From Anaerolineales bacterium (GTDB lineage: Bacteria > Chloroflexota > Anaerolineae > Anaerolineales > UBA11579), in NCBI GenBank assembly GCA_026129255.1, contig JAHCIJ010000001.1, positions 708,965 through 772,964 of the forward strand: a stretch of DNA of 64,000 nucleotides, in the 5' to 3' direction. Under the pieces are notes generated by a model, which searched no databases, was not told the origin of the DNA, and saw only the letters and a program-made list of their open reading frames with translations. This document shows positions 29,573-38,768 of the stretch, in pieces. Numbering within the stretch: the first letter of the stretch is position 1; every line of letters begins with the position of its first letter. A program made the position numbers and the translations under genes.

Positions 29573-30853
29573 TCACTTGCTCTCTGCCAGGGCGGCTTCG
29601 ATGTCTTCGCCCCAGGCCAGCAGTTGCTCGTCTTGCCCATAGGCAGCGATCAGCTGGGTGCCCAAGGGCAAGCCAGCCGTGTTCCAGCCGGTGGGCAGAC
29701 CCAGGGCAGGCATGCCAGCCTGCGTCCAGGGCAGGTTCATCACCGGGTCCCCGGTGCGCGCCAGGCCCGCGGGCGCCGCATCCACAGCCGACGGCGCAAG
29801 CCACAACTGGAAGCCGTGAATGTTCATCAATGAACCCAGGTCGTGGCGCAGCCCGCGGGCAGCCTCCAGCGCGTCGTCCAGTTCAGCGGCGCGGATGGCA
29901 AGGCCCTCGCGAACCAGCTCTGCCAGCTTGGGGCTGTAGAGATGCGAATAGCGTGCATACCAGCGTGCGTGTGTCTGCGCCGCTTCGGCCGCCAGGATAC
30001 GGCCGTGGCGTTGCACGATGCTGGCAAATTCATTCAAGGCGCGCACACGTTTGACGTGATAGCCTGTCTGGCGCAAACGCTCGGTTACGTTATCCAGATG
30101 CTCCAGCATGTCTTTGGAGGCATGCGCCAGGTACTCACCATCAGGGATGGCGATGCTGGGCTTCTCAGCCAGGCTGGCCGATATGTACTCGTTGAGCAAC
30201 ACCCTGGCGGTCTCATGCACCAGCTCAACGTTCTGAGCGAAGATGCCCACATGATCCAGCGAGCGTGCCAGCGGGATCACGCCTTCGGCCGAGATGCGGC
30301 CGTGGCTGGGCTTGTAGCCCACCACGCCGCAGAACGAGGCGGGGCGGATCACCGAGCCAATCGTCTGTGTGCCCAGCGCCACATCCACCAGCCCAGCGGC
30401 TACTGCCGCGGCCGAGCCGCTGCTGCTGCCGCCCGGCGTGTGGTCTGGGTTGTGCGGGTTACGTGTTGGCCCAGGGGTGAAGTAGGCAAACTCAGTAGTA
30501 ACCGTCTTGCCCGCTACCAGCGCTCCAGCACGTTTCAACGCGCTGACCGCCGCCGCTTCCTTGCCCTGCAAAGCGCGCGGTGGCAAGTGGCTGCCCGCAC
30601 GCGTCTCAAAACCATCTACATGAAAAATATCTTTGGCACCCAGTAGCAGGCCGAACAGGGGTGGACGTTTTTCGGGGTTAGCGTACTTATTGGCAAGGCG
30701 GCGCGCTTCGTTGCGCAGGCGTTTGAAGCGGTTCTCTTCACTGACGAAGGCGTGCACACGCGGCTCGCGGCTGGCGAACAGCTGCTCAAATTTATCCAAG
30801 CGTGTGCTCAGCTGCGCGTTGACGGCTTGCGGCGATACTTTTGTCTTTGCCAT
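29573..30853 (-). CDS. Amidase-signature family amidase
   Basis: GGSSSGSAAAVAAG signature and a catalytic Lys/Ser-cisSer context (GAKDIF...TTEFA). I chose the start at ATG 30853, which overlaps the upstream TAA by 1 nt (TAATG). Confidence 0.88.
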   Translation of the reverse strand: MAKTKVSPQAVNAQLSTRLDKFEQLFASREPRVHAFVSEENRFKRLRNEARRLANKYANPEKRPPLFGLLLGAKDIFHVDGFETRAGSHLPPRALQGKEAAAVSALKRAGALVAGKTVTTEFAYFTPGPTRNPHNPDHTPGGSSSGSAAAVAAGLVDVALGTQTIGSVIRPASFCGVVGYKPSHGRISAEGVIPLARSLDHVGIFAQNVELVHETARVLLNEYISASLAEKPSIAIPDGEYLAHASKDMLEHLDNVTERLRQTGYHVKRVRALNEFASIVQRHGRILAAEAAQTHARWYARYSHLYSPKLAELVREGLAIRAAELDDALEAARGLRHDLGSLMNIHGFQLWLAPSAVDAAPAGLARTGDPVMNLPWTQAGMPALGLPTGWNTAGLPLGTQLIAAYGQDEQLLAWGEDIEAALAESK

Positions 30854-31341
30854 TACTCCGCCACTTCGTTGAGCTTCTTCGCCGCCAGCAGCGTGGCATC
30901 CACAATGTGCTGGTAACCAGTGCAACGACACAAATTGCCGGAGATGGCCTCGCGCACTTCAGCTTCGTTGGGGTTCTTGTTCTCTTCGAGGAATGGCACT
31001 AGCGTCATCAAGATGCCAGGCGTGCAGAAGCCGCACTGCAGGCCATGCGCTTCCCAGAAAGCGTTCTGGATGGGGTGCATGTTGTCTTCGCTCTGAGCCA
31101 GGCCTTCCACGGTGGTGAGCTCGTGCCCGTTGGCTTGCACAGCCAGCATGATGCAGCTACGCACCGGCTTGCCGTCAAACAGCACCGTGCATGCGCCGCA
31201 CACGCCATGCTCGCAGCCCACGTGCGTGCCGGTCAGCCCGGCTTCGTGGCGAATGAAATCGGCCAGCAGCATACGCGGCTCGACCTGCTTCTCAATCGTC
31301 TTGCCATTGATCGTGACAGTAATCGGATAGCTGTTGCTCAT
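30853..31341 (-). CDS. (2Fe-2S)-binding small subunit of the Mo hydroxylase
   Basis: GCEHGVCGACTV and CGFCTPG...CRCTGY cluster motifs (CoxS/XdhA-N type). Confidence 0.92.
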   Translation of the reverse strand: MSNSYPITVTINGKTIEKQVEPRMLLADFIRHEAGLTGTHVGCEHGVCGACTVLFDGKPVRSCIMLAVQANGHELTTVEGLAQSEDNMHPIQNAFWEAHGLQCGFCTPGILMTLVPFLEENKNPNEAEVREAISGNLCRCTGYQHIVDATLLAAKKLNEVAE

Positions 31342-31344
31342 GCC

Positions 31345-32220
31345 TTAGGCTACCTTTGCTCGCTGAGTGGCGGTGGCCAACGCACGCTCGGTCAGCACCG
31401 CAGAGAGATGGCGCTGATACTCCGGCGTGGCGTGCACGTTGCCAAAAGGGTGCATGTCTTCCTGGCTGGCAATGCGGCCGGCCTCTTTGAATGCGGCGGC
31501 CTCAGGCGCCTTGCCGATCAGGCTGGCTGCCGCGCTGGCCGCATCTACCGGCCCATCGCCCACGTTGAGGTACACCAACTTGGCCGCAGCGATCTTGTCG
31601 TTCGCATCCAGTTCTACGATGGCGGCCAATCCCGCCATGGCGTAATCGCCGTGGCGGCGCGCTACCTCAGTAAAGCAGTAGCCGGTGCGTGCCGTCTTGG
31701 TGGGGAAGGCGATCTCGGTCAGCAGTTCATCTGTCTGCAGAGCAGTGGCGAACAGGCCGGCGAAAAAGTCCTTGGCCTCAATCCAGCGCTCGCCTGCGCT
31801 ACTTTGGGCGCGAAATCTGGCGCCTAGCGCCAGCGCCACCACGGGCAACTCGGAGGCCGGGTCGGCGTGCGCCAGGCTGCCTCCGATGGTGCCGCGGTTG
31901 CGAATTTGGGGATGGGCAATATTGGGAATGGCTTCATGCAGCAGGGGCACATGCTCAGCAATCAGCTTGTCTCGCTCGGCGCTGGATTGCAGCGTCATGC
32001 TGCCTATATGGACCGAGCCGTTGGGTTTGGTGATGTGGCGCAGCTCGGGGATATGGTTCAGATCGATCAGCAGGCTGGGTTGGGCCACGCGGAAATTCAT
32101 GGCTGGGATCAGGCTCTGCCCGCCAGCCAGTGGCTTCCCATCGTCTCCGTGCTCGGCTTTGAGGGCAAGCGCCGCGTCCAGAGAGGTGGGTGCATGGTAC
32201 TCAAACGGAGCCGGTTTCAT
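31345..32220 (-). CDS. FAD-binding medium subunit of the Mo hydroxylase (CoxM type)
   Basis: MKPAPFEYHAPTSLDAALAL...AGGQSLIP and GTIGGSLAHADP motifs. Confidence 0.88.
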   Translation of the reverse strand: MKPAPFEYHAPTSLDAALALKAEHGDDGKPLAGGQSLIPAMNFRVAQPSLLIDLNHIPELRHITKPNGSVHIGSMTLQSSAERDKLIAEHVPLLHEAIPNIAHPQIRNRGTIGGSLAHADPASELPVVALALGARFRAQSSAGERWIEAKDFFAGLFATALQTDELLTEIAFPTKTARTGYCFTEVARRHGDYAMAGLAAIVELDANDKIAAAKLVYLNVGDGPVDAASAAASLIGKAPEAAAFKEAGRIASQEDMHPFGNVHATPEYQRHLSAVLTERALATATQRAKVA

Positions 32221-32367
32221 GCGATCTGTTCACCATTCTCAAAAAAAGTTTGGATACGAGTGGAACTTTAATCGTACTACAAACTGCAAAACTTCTCTAT
32301 CGTCACAGCCAGCCAGGTGCGTTTGTCCCTTGCTGTATTGCTCAATCTTTGTCATCATGGGCGCACC

Positions 32368-33513
32368 ATGAGATCCGTAAGCATTGTCGCAATCGCCCAA
32401 TTGCCGGTGGTGAAAGCCAACTCCGATTCGCTCAGCCATATGGCCGCCAGCGTCATCCGTGAGGCCATGCGCAACGCAGGGGTCACGCGCATCCAGGCTT
32501 TGTTTGTCGGCAATATGCTGGCTGATGAGCTGCAGAACCAGAAGCACCTAGGTGCGCTGTTCGCCGATGAGGCTGGCCTGCACGGCATCGAGGCGATGCG
32601 CGTGGGGGCCGCTACCGCGGGTGGCGCCGCTGCCCTGCGCGTCGCCTACCTGGCGGTGGCCAGCGGTGAGGTGGACGTGGCCGTGGCCATGGGCGCCGAG
32701 AAAATGAGCGACAGCAGCGCCGTACCTGCACTGGCCAAGGCGCTGGATGCGAAACTAGAAGTGCCCCTGGGCGCCAACATGATCAACCGCAACGCAGAGC
32801 TGATGCGTATGTACATGGAGCGCTATAAAGTGCCTAAGGGCGGCTTTACCAACTTCTCGCTCAATGCTCATAAGAACGCCAAGACCAATCCCTATGCCAT
32901 GTTCCGTAAGCCGGTATCCGTGGCCACGGTGCGCAACTCTCGCATGATCTATGCCCCTCTGCGTCTGTACGACAGCGCCCCGATCTGTGATGGGGCGGCG
33001 GCTGTGGTGCTGGTGCCAACGGAGCAGGCCAGCGAGTACGGCCAGCACTCGGTGCGCATTCTGGGGTCTGCCATGGCTACCGATTACTTCCGCATGGAGG
33101 ATCGGCCCAGCCCGCTGCAACTGCGCGCTGCCCAGATCTCTGCCGAGAAGACCTACCGTATGGCGGGCCTGACGCGTGAAGACGTGAACGTGTTCGAAGT
33201 ACATGATGCCTTCACCATCATGTCTGCTCTGCAACTGGAGGCGGCCGGCTTTGCTGCCGCCGGCCGCGGCTGGAAGCTTGCCCAGGAGAACGAGATCGGC
33301 CTCAAGGGCAAAATGCCCATCACCACCTTTGGTGGCCTGAAGGCGCGCGGCCACCCGGTTGGCGCCTCCGCGCTGTATCAAACCTGCGAGCTGTTCCTGC
33401 AGCTCACCGGCCAGGCGGGCAAGAACCAGGTGCGCAAAGCCAAGGTGGGCATGATGCAATCGATCGGTGGCGTGGCGTCAACGGTCGTGACGCATATTCT
33501 GGGTGGGGAATAG
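32368..33513 (+). CDS. Thiolase-like (SCP-x/archaeal-type thiolase domain) protein, divergent from the hydroxylase operon
   Basis: Thiolase-fold pattern (VDVAVAMGAEKMS, FEVHDAFTIM, GGLKARGHPVGASA, IGGVAST). The position where I expect the nucleophilic Cys reads VGAATAGG. I chose the start at ATG 32368. Confidence 0.7.
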   Translation: MRSVSIVAIAQLPVVKANSDSLSHMAASVIREAMRNAGVTRIQALFVGNMLADELQNQKHLGALFADEAGLHGIEAMRVGAATAGGAAALRVAYLAVASGEVDVAVAMGAEKMSDSSAVPALAKALDAKLEVPLGANMINRNAELMRMYMERYKVPKGGFTNFSLNAHKNAKTNPYAMFRKPVSVATVRNSRMIYAPLRLYDSAPICDGAAAVVLVPTEQASEYGQHSVRILGSAMATDYFRMEDRPSPLQLRAAQISAEKTYRMAGLTREDVNVFEVHDAFTIMSALQLEAAGFAAAGRGWKLAQENEIGLKGKMPITTFGGLKARGHPVGASALYQTCELFLQLTGQAGKNQVRKAKVGMMQSIGGVASTVVTHILGGE

Positions 33514-33520
33514 CAACTTC

Positions 33521-33594
33521 GGTGAACGGTGATCAGTAATCGGTAATCAGGTTTTCCTGTTCACTGATTACTGTTCACTAATCACTGCTCACTT
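33521..33594. repeat. Family E repeats between the convergent thiolase-like and xdhC genes; the last few nt overlap the 3' end of xdhC
   Basis: GGTGAACGGTGATCAGTAATCGGTAATCAGG...CTGTTCACTGATTACTGTTCACTAATCACTGCTCAC has partially self-complementary arms. It is a likely bidirectional terminator. Confidence 0.65.
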
Positions 33595-34574
33595 CTGTAC
33601 TCCCTAATAATCTCCCCCATTATCGAGAGCGCGATCTCCTCCGGCGTCTTGGCGTTGATCGCCAGCCCGATCGGCGCATGCAGCCGCTCCAGCTCCTGTT
33701 CGCTTAACCCGGCCGCCAGCAGCCGCTCGCGACGCTGCGCTTGCACGCGGCGGCTGCCGAGCGCGCCGACGTAAAACGCCGCGCTGCGTAGCGCCAGCAT
33801 CAGCGCTGGCTCGTCGATCTTAGGGTCGTGGCTCAGGCACGCAACGGCCGTCGTCGCCGTCAGGCCGAGTTCTGCAAAAGCGGTCTGCGGCCACACGGGT
33901 ACCAGCTTGTGTGCATGAGCAAAGCGCTCTTCGCTCATAAAGGCTTTGCGTGGGTCGATGATGATGGTGCGGAATTCCATCAGGTGCGCTATATTCACCA
34001 GCGCAGCCGTGACGTGTGATGCGCCAATGATCAGCAACGTAGGGGAGGCCGCCAGCGGGTTGTGGAACACTTCGCCCTCGGCTTGCGCAACCAGGTTGGC
34101 GATACGTGTGCTTTGTGTGGCTGGCCCCGTGCCGTTCTGGGCGATCAGCTCGCCGTTCTCATCGGCTAGCGTCTGGCTGCCCAGGGTTTTGCCCGAGATG
34201 ACCGTGCTCAGCGTCATGCCCTCATCTGCCTCCAAGCGCGGCAGCAACTCGGCGAAGAGCGCCGGGTCCAGCGGCTGCACGAATACGTCGATCTCGCCGC
34301 CGCAGGCCAGGCCTACTTCCCAGGCAGTGTCGTCTTGCACGCCAAAGTGCAGCAGCTCGGGTTTGCCGGATTGGATGATCTGTTTGGATGCGGTGAGCAC
34401 CGCGCCTTCAACGCAGCCGCCGCTCACGGAGCCTACCAGGCCGCCGCTCTCGCTCACCGCCATCACCGCGCCAGCTTGGCGCGGGGCCGAGCCCCAAGTG
34501 GAGATCACGGTGCACAACGCCACCCGCTCGCCCTTGGCAAGCCAGTGCTCAAGGTCCGGCAGAAGTTCGCGCAC
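33582..34574 (-). CDS. xdhC: XdhC/CoxI family molybdenum-cofactor insertion chaperone
   Basis: N-terminal XdhC_CoxI pattern (ALCTVISTWGSAPRQAGAVMAV...GSVSGGCVE) and a C-terminal Rossmann-like part (LLIIGASHVTAAL). Confidence 0.8.
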   Translation of the reverse strand: MRELLPDLEHWLAKGERVALCTVISTWGSAPRQAGAVMAVSESGGLVGSVSGGCVEGAVLTASKQIIQSGKPELLHFGVQDDTAWEVGLACGGEIDVFVQPLDPALFAELLPRLEADEGMTLSTVISGKTLGSQTLADENGELIAQNGTGPATQSTRIANLVAQAEGEVFHNPLAASPTLLIIGASHVTAALVNIAHLMEFRTIIIDPRKAFMSEERFAHAHKLVPVWPQTAFAELGLTATTAVACLSHDPKIDEPALMLALRSAAFYVGALGSRRVQAQRRERLLAAGLSEQELERLHAPIGLAINAKTPEEIALSIMGEIIREYRSEQ

Positions 34575-34586
34575 AGGTCTCTCCGT

Positions 34587-35033
34587 TTAGTTGGCTTCGA
34601 TTTGCTTTTTAGCGCAGTCGAAGAATTCGCCGCTCAGCTTGTGGGTCACACTGCCCATCATGCGTGAGGCCAGTGCAGCAATGGTACCCAATACGCTGAT
34701 GTCGGCGCTCCAGTCAAGCTTTGTGGTGCCGTCGCCTGCGTCGCTCAGCAGCATCGTCGCGGTAGCATCCACGGCGCTGCCTGGTGCGGCGCCGTGGGCT
34801 TTCAGTGTGGCCTTGTCCGGCGCGCTGATCTCGGTGAACTCGAGGTCGCCACTAAAGCGCACCTTGAGGTTCCCCAAGCCAACGGACACGGTACCCTTAA
34901 ACTTTTTGCCTTCTTCGATCACCTCCAGGCTTTCCAGCCCGGGGGCGCACTTGGAAACAAACTCAGGGTTGGTGAGATAGTGGAACACCTTATCCTGCGG
35001 AGCAGCGATGATGGTGGAGCCGTTTACGTTCAT
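34587..35033 (-). CDS. SRPBCC-fold CoxG-like protein
   Basis: 148 aa. The N-terminus (MNVNGSTIIAAPQDKVFHYLTNPEFVSKCAPG) and the adjacency to xdhC fit CoxG. Confidence 0.72.
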   Translation of the reverse strand: MNVNGSTIIAAPQDKVFHYLTNPEFVSKCAPGLESLEVIEEGKKFKGTVSVGLGNLKVRFSGDLEFTEISAPDKATLKAHGAAPGSAVDATATMLLSDAGDGTTKLDWSADISVLGTIAALASRMMGSVTHKLSGEFFDCAKKQIEAN

Positions 35034-35099
35034 GATAGGTAACTCCCTTGACAGAACTTTGAATGCGTATAGCCATATCCGCCAAAGGGCGGCAACAAA

Positions 35100-35786
35100 C
35101 TAATTGTTTTCCTTAAGTAACTCAGCCACGCGGGGCGAGTGGGTGTACACGCCGCGGTATTTCTCAGGCAGCAGGGCAGCGATCTGCGCCATGATCTCAT
35201 CTGTTTGCGCTTCCAGAAACTCGGCGCGGTTCTCTCGCGGCAGGGGAGGTAGTGTGAAGGGTTTGCCTACGCTCAACACTACTGGTGAACGCTTGTAGCG
35301 TTTAAGGTTCTCGCGCACAGCACGGTCTTCAGTGCCCCACAGCGCCACCGGGATCACTGGGGCGCCGCTCTTGGCCGCCAGGTAGGCGACGCCGGGCTTG
35401 GCCTGTTGCAGCGCTTCGGTTTTGCTGCGGGTGCCTTCCGGTGCGATGAACAAAATGCCGCCGCGGTCCAAACGGCGCAGTGTTTCTTTGAGCGTTCCAA
35501 AATCCGCCTCGAAGCGTTCCAGCCACAGCAGGTTGAGCGTCTTCACCAGCCAGCGGAAGAAGCCATACTTGCGGTACTTCTCAGCCACCACCATGATCAG
35601 GTCAGTGCGACTCACCATGCGGAAAGCATAGGCCGCGTCAAGCATGCCCAGGTGGTTAGCGGCCACGATTGCTTTGCCGCCTTCTTGCTGGTTGATGTTG
35701 TCTAGATTGTGAAGCTTGGTCGATGTCAGCAAACGCAGCCCCAACACGATGATGCTGCGCACAAAATGAAACTTGAGTGCTTTCAC
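35100..35786 (-). CDS. plsC: Lysophospholipid (1-acyl-sn-glycerol-3-phosphate) acyltransferase
   Basis: HX4D motif NHLGMLD and the APEGTRS motif. GTG start overlaps the upstream TAG by 1 nt. Confidence 0.8.
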   Translation of the reverse strand: MKALKFHFVRSIIVLGLRLLTSTKLHNLDNINQQEGGKAIVAANHLGMLDAAYAFRMVSRTDLIMVVAEKYRKYGFFRWLVKTLNLLWLERFEADFGTLKETLRRLDRGGILFIAPEGTRSKTEALQQAKPGVAYLAAKSGAPVIPVALWGTEDRAVRENLKRYKRSPVVLSVGKPFTLPPLPRENRAEFLEAQTDEIMAQIAALLPEKYRGVYTHSPRVAELLKENN

Positions 35787-36565
35787 TAGCGGGCCGCTGT
35801 TTTCTTCTTGCTAGTGGCTTTGGGTGTGGCGCGCAACTTGACCGGTTCGGCTTGGCGCGAGGAGCGCAGGCGTAAATTCAGGAACTCCACAAAGATGGAG
35901 AAGCCCATCGCAAAGTAGATATAGCCCTTGGGGATGTGCTGGTGCAGGCCCTCAACGACCAACGAGAAGCCGATCAGGATCAGGAAGGACAGCGCCAGGA
36001 TCTTGACCGTGGGGTGGCGCTGCACAAAGTCACTGATGTAGCCAACCGTGAGCGCCATCACGATCACAGCGATCACTACGGCAGTGACCATGATGTAGAT
36101 CGAGTCGGCCAGGCCCACGGCCGTGATCACGGAATCGATCGAGAAAACAGCATCCAGCAGCAGGATCTGCACAACCACGCCAGAGAAGCTGACCTTGTTG
36201 CCGTTCTTGCTTTCCGCCGTGTGCTCCTCTTCGCCTTCCAGCTTGTCGTGAATTTCAAAGGTGCTCTTGGCAATGAGAAAGAGACCACCGACCAGCAGAA
36301 TGAGATCGCGCCCAGAAATAGTAAAGCCCCACACGCTGAACAGTGGGGCCGTGAGGCCAACGATCCAATTGATCGACAGCAGCAGCGCGATACGCATGAA
36401 CATCGCCAGGCCAAGGCCCATCCGTTCGGCGCGTAGTTGCTGCTCTTTGGGGAGTTTTGTAGCCAGAATTGTAATAAAGACGAGGTTGTCGATGCCCAGC
36501 ACGATCTCCAGTGCGGTTAGTGTGAGCAGTGCGATCCAAGCTTCGGGGGTTGATAGCCATTCCAT
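35786..36565 (-). CDS. TerC family integral membrane protein
   Basis: ALEIVLGIDNLVFI and LLLDAVFSIDSVITAVG motifs. I chose the start at ATG 36565 (MEWLSTPEAW). Upstream in-frame starts at 36604 and 36625 are possible. Confidence 0.85.
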   Translation of the reverse strand: MEWLSTPEAWIALLTLTALEIVLGIDNLVFITILATKLPKEQQLRAERMGLGLAMFMRIALLLSINWIVGLTAPLFSVWGFTISGRDLILLVGGLFLIAKSTFEIHDKLEGEEEHTAESKNGNKVSFSGVVVQILLLDAVFSIDSVITAVGLADSIYIMVTAVVIAVIVMALTVGYISDFVQRHPTVKILALSFLILIGFSLVVEGLHQHIPKGYIYFAMGFSIFVEFLNLRLRSSRQAEPVKLRATPKATSKKKTAAR

Positions 36566-36638
36566 AGGGCGGAAATTATAGGCGAAAAGTATTACTTCAT
36601 CCATGGCAAGATGCTGCCCAGCCACTGCAGCGGCTTGC

Positions 36639-37397
36639 TCAGTGGGGTAGCAGCAGATATACCGCCGAGACGGCCACCGTGGCCAGCACTACCCAGCGCA
36701 CCCAAGCCGCGCCTTTGGTGGCGGCCATGCGTGCCGCCCACCAGGCGCCCAGCATGTTGCCTATGCCCAGTAGGATGCCAGCACCCCAGTCCACCTGGGC
36801 ATTGTTGGCAAACACCAGCAACGAGCTCAGCGTGAACACGAGGATGATCAGCACCTTAACTGCATTGGCGCGCACCAGGTCATAGCCAACTGAGAGCACC
36901 AACGCCGCCAGCACAAAGATGCCCACGCCCACCTGGATGAAGCCGCCGTACATACCGATGAAGAATAGGCTCACGATGTCGCGCAGGGCCAGCGGGCCGC
37001 TGGGTAGGGTCAGCAGCTTACCCTGCAGCCAGCGCTCGGGGCGCAGCAACATCACCAGCAGCATGAGCACCATCACCGCGCCGATCACGCGCTGCATCAT
37101 CTCCTCGTCCAGGTTGACGGCGATCTGCGCCCCCAGGACCGAGCCCACGATGCTGGGGATACTGAGCAGCAGGGCGCCACGCAGGTCCAGCGAGCCGCTG
37201 CGCTTGAAGGACGCCGTGGCAACAATGTTCTGCAGAATGACGCCCACCCGGTTGGTGCCATTGGCCACATTGGCTGGCAATCCAAAAAGGATGAGCGCAG
37301 GCAGGGTCAGCAGTGACCCGCTACCGGCCAGCGTGTTGATCACGCCGGCCAGCACACCAGCCAGCATCAGAAGTACATATTTGGCGGCTTCTTCCAT
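36639..37397 (-). CDS. TauE/SafE family sulfite/anion exporter
   Basis: 252-aa polytopic protein with an N-terminal GVINTLAGSGSLLTLPAL motif. Confidence 0.82.
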   Translation of the reverse strand: MEEAAKYVLLMLAGVLAGVINTLAGSGSLLTLPALILFGLPANVANGTNRVGVILQNIVATASFKRSGSLDLRGALLLSIPSIVGSVLGAQIAVNLDEEMMQRVIGAVMVLMLLVMLLRPERWLQGKLLTLPSGPLALRDIVSLFFIGMYGGFIQVGVGIFVLAALVLSVGYDLVRANAVKVLIILVFTLSSLLVFANNAQVDWGAGILLGIGNMLGAWWAARMAATKGAAWVRWVVLATVAVSAVYLLLPH

Positions 37398-37566
37398 CTA
37401 GCTTCCTTCTAGTAAGTAGGGGAGTTGTTGCTCTAAAGTACTTGCAATTGCGATTATACGACTCTACTGTCTATGTTTTTATGGCGGCAGGCATACACCT
37501 AAGCGCGCGGGTATTTTCTCCCGCTACCAAGTCATTCACTGTCATTCACTAAGTCGCAGCAGGGGG

Positions 37567-37595
37567 TTGACACGCAAGTGAAAGGTTAGTAATAT
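37567..37595 (+). promoter_or_regulatory. Near-consensus sigma-70 promoter upstream of the recombinase gene
   Basis: TTGACA (37567-37572), a 17-nt spacer, then TAATAT (37590-37595). A second TATAAT (37615-37620) follows, embedded in the inverted repeat CGATAA-n6-TTATCG (37609-37626). Confidence 0.5.
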
Positions 37596-37775
37596 TTAAC
37601 TATGATTTCGATAAGTATAATTATCGCAAATAATGGTATACTCTGGCTAGGCTACCCAGGACGCTCAAAAAGCGAGGTTCGTACTGCTACAAAATGTGAA
37701 TGGCCTGCAAACTTTGTTGCGTCTGCGCTCTGAATTCACAGCATAGCACCGCTTCGTTATGCATAATGGAGACTT

Positions 37776-38768
37776 ATGGCTCGAACAATCACCATCCAGG
37801 ACGCTGTAGACCGCTATCTCGATAGCGTCAAACTGGCCCGCTCAGAGAACACGGCTCTAACCTACAAGAAGTCCATGCAGGCCTTCCTGGGCTGTCTGGA
37901 CGCCGAAGGAATCGCTGCCAGCAGCCCGCTCAGCGAGCTCAAGGAAGATGCAGTGACCCATTTCGCCGCCTATGCCAAGGACAAGGCCGCCGCCACCGAG
38001 CGCCTGTGGCTGCAGGCCACCGCTGGCTTTTACGAGTTCCTCGCTGCCGAGCAGCTGGCCGAGCCCAACCTGCCGCGTGTACGCATGCTGATTCGCCAGC
38101 GCGGCCGCCGGCCCGGACCCCGCCTGCCGCAGTTCCCGCGCGAAGATATAGAACGCATGCTCGACTATGCCGAGACGCTGGACCAGCTCCCCGCCGCAGA
38201 CGAAACCGAGGCGCTGCGCAACAAGCGAGACAAAGCCTTCATCCTCACCCTAGGCGAGACCGGCCTGCGTGTGCATGAGGCCTGCAACCTGCGCCGTGGC
38301 GATCTGCAGACCCAGGAGAACAGAGCCATCGTGATCGGTAAAGGCAACCGGGAGGCCGTTGTGCGCTTCTCTACGCGGGCTATGCGCGCCATCCGCAGCT
38401 ATCTCAAAGCCCGCAGCAGCCTGGACGGCGGCAGTGGCCGCCAGCTGGGCAGCCTGCCCCTCTTCGCCCGCCACGACAAAGGCGCCGGCGCCAAACAGGT
38501 CAAGCCCATGACGCCCAGCACAGGGCGCAACATCATTGCCCGCCATGTGGCGCTGGCGCTGGGCGCCGAGGCCGTCGGCACCATATCACCGCACAGCTTC
38601 CGTCACTACTTTGTCACCACGGTGCTGCGTGGCACTGGCGGCAACCTCAAAATGGCTCAGGAGCTGGCGCGTCACAAGAACATCCAAGTCACCCAACGCT
38701 ACGCGCATTTAAGCGATGATGAGCTCGACCGCGGTTTCTATGATGTTTTTGAAGATGGGCGGGACTAA
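37776..38768 (+). CDS. Tyrosine recombinase (XerC/XerD-like phage-integrase family)
   Basis: N-terminal SAM-like core-binding domain. Catalytic domain with GLRVHEACNLR, HSFRHYF and ARHKNIQVTQRYAHL (R..HxxR..Y). Confidence 0.85.
   Translation: MARTITIQDAVDRYLDSVKLARSENTALTYKKSMQAFLGCLDAEGIAASSPLSELKEDAVTHFAAYAKDKAAATERLWLQATAGFYEFLAAEQLAEPNLPRVRMLIRQRGRRPGPRLPQFPREDIERMLDYAETLDQLPAADETEALRNKRDKAFILTLGETGLRVHEACNLRRGDLQTQENRAIVIGKGNREAVVRFSTRAMRAIRSYLKARSSLDGGSGRQLGSLPLFARHDKGAGAKQVKPMTPSTGRNIIARHVALALGAEAVGTISPHSFRHYFVTTVLRGTGGNLKMAQELARHKNIQVTQRYAHLSDDELDRGFYDVFEDGRD

Noticed and set aside
23308-32220. Interpretation of the CoxL/M/S-like genes as an aerobic carbon monoxide dehydrogenase.
   Set aside because: The large subunit carries PYRGAGR rather than the form I CODH active-site loop VAYRCSFR. 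The operon is also interleaved with amidase, amidohydrolase and FdrA genes. This points to organic N-heterocycle oxidation, not CO oxidation.
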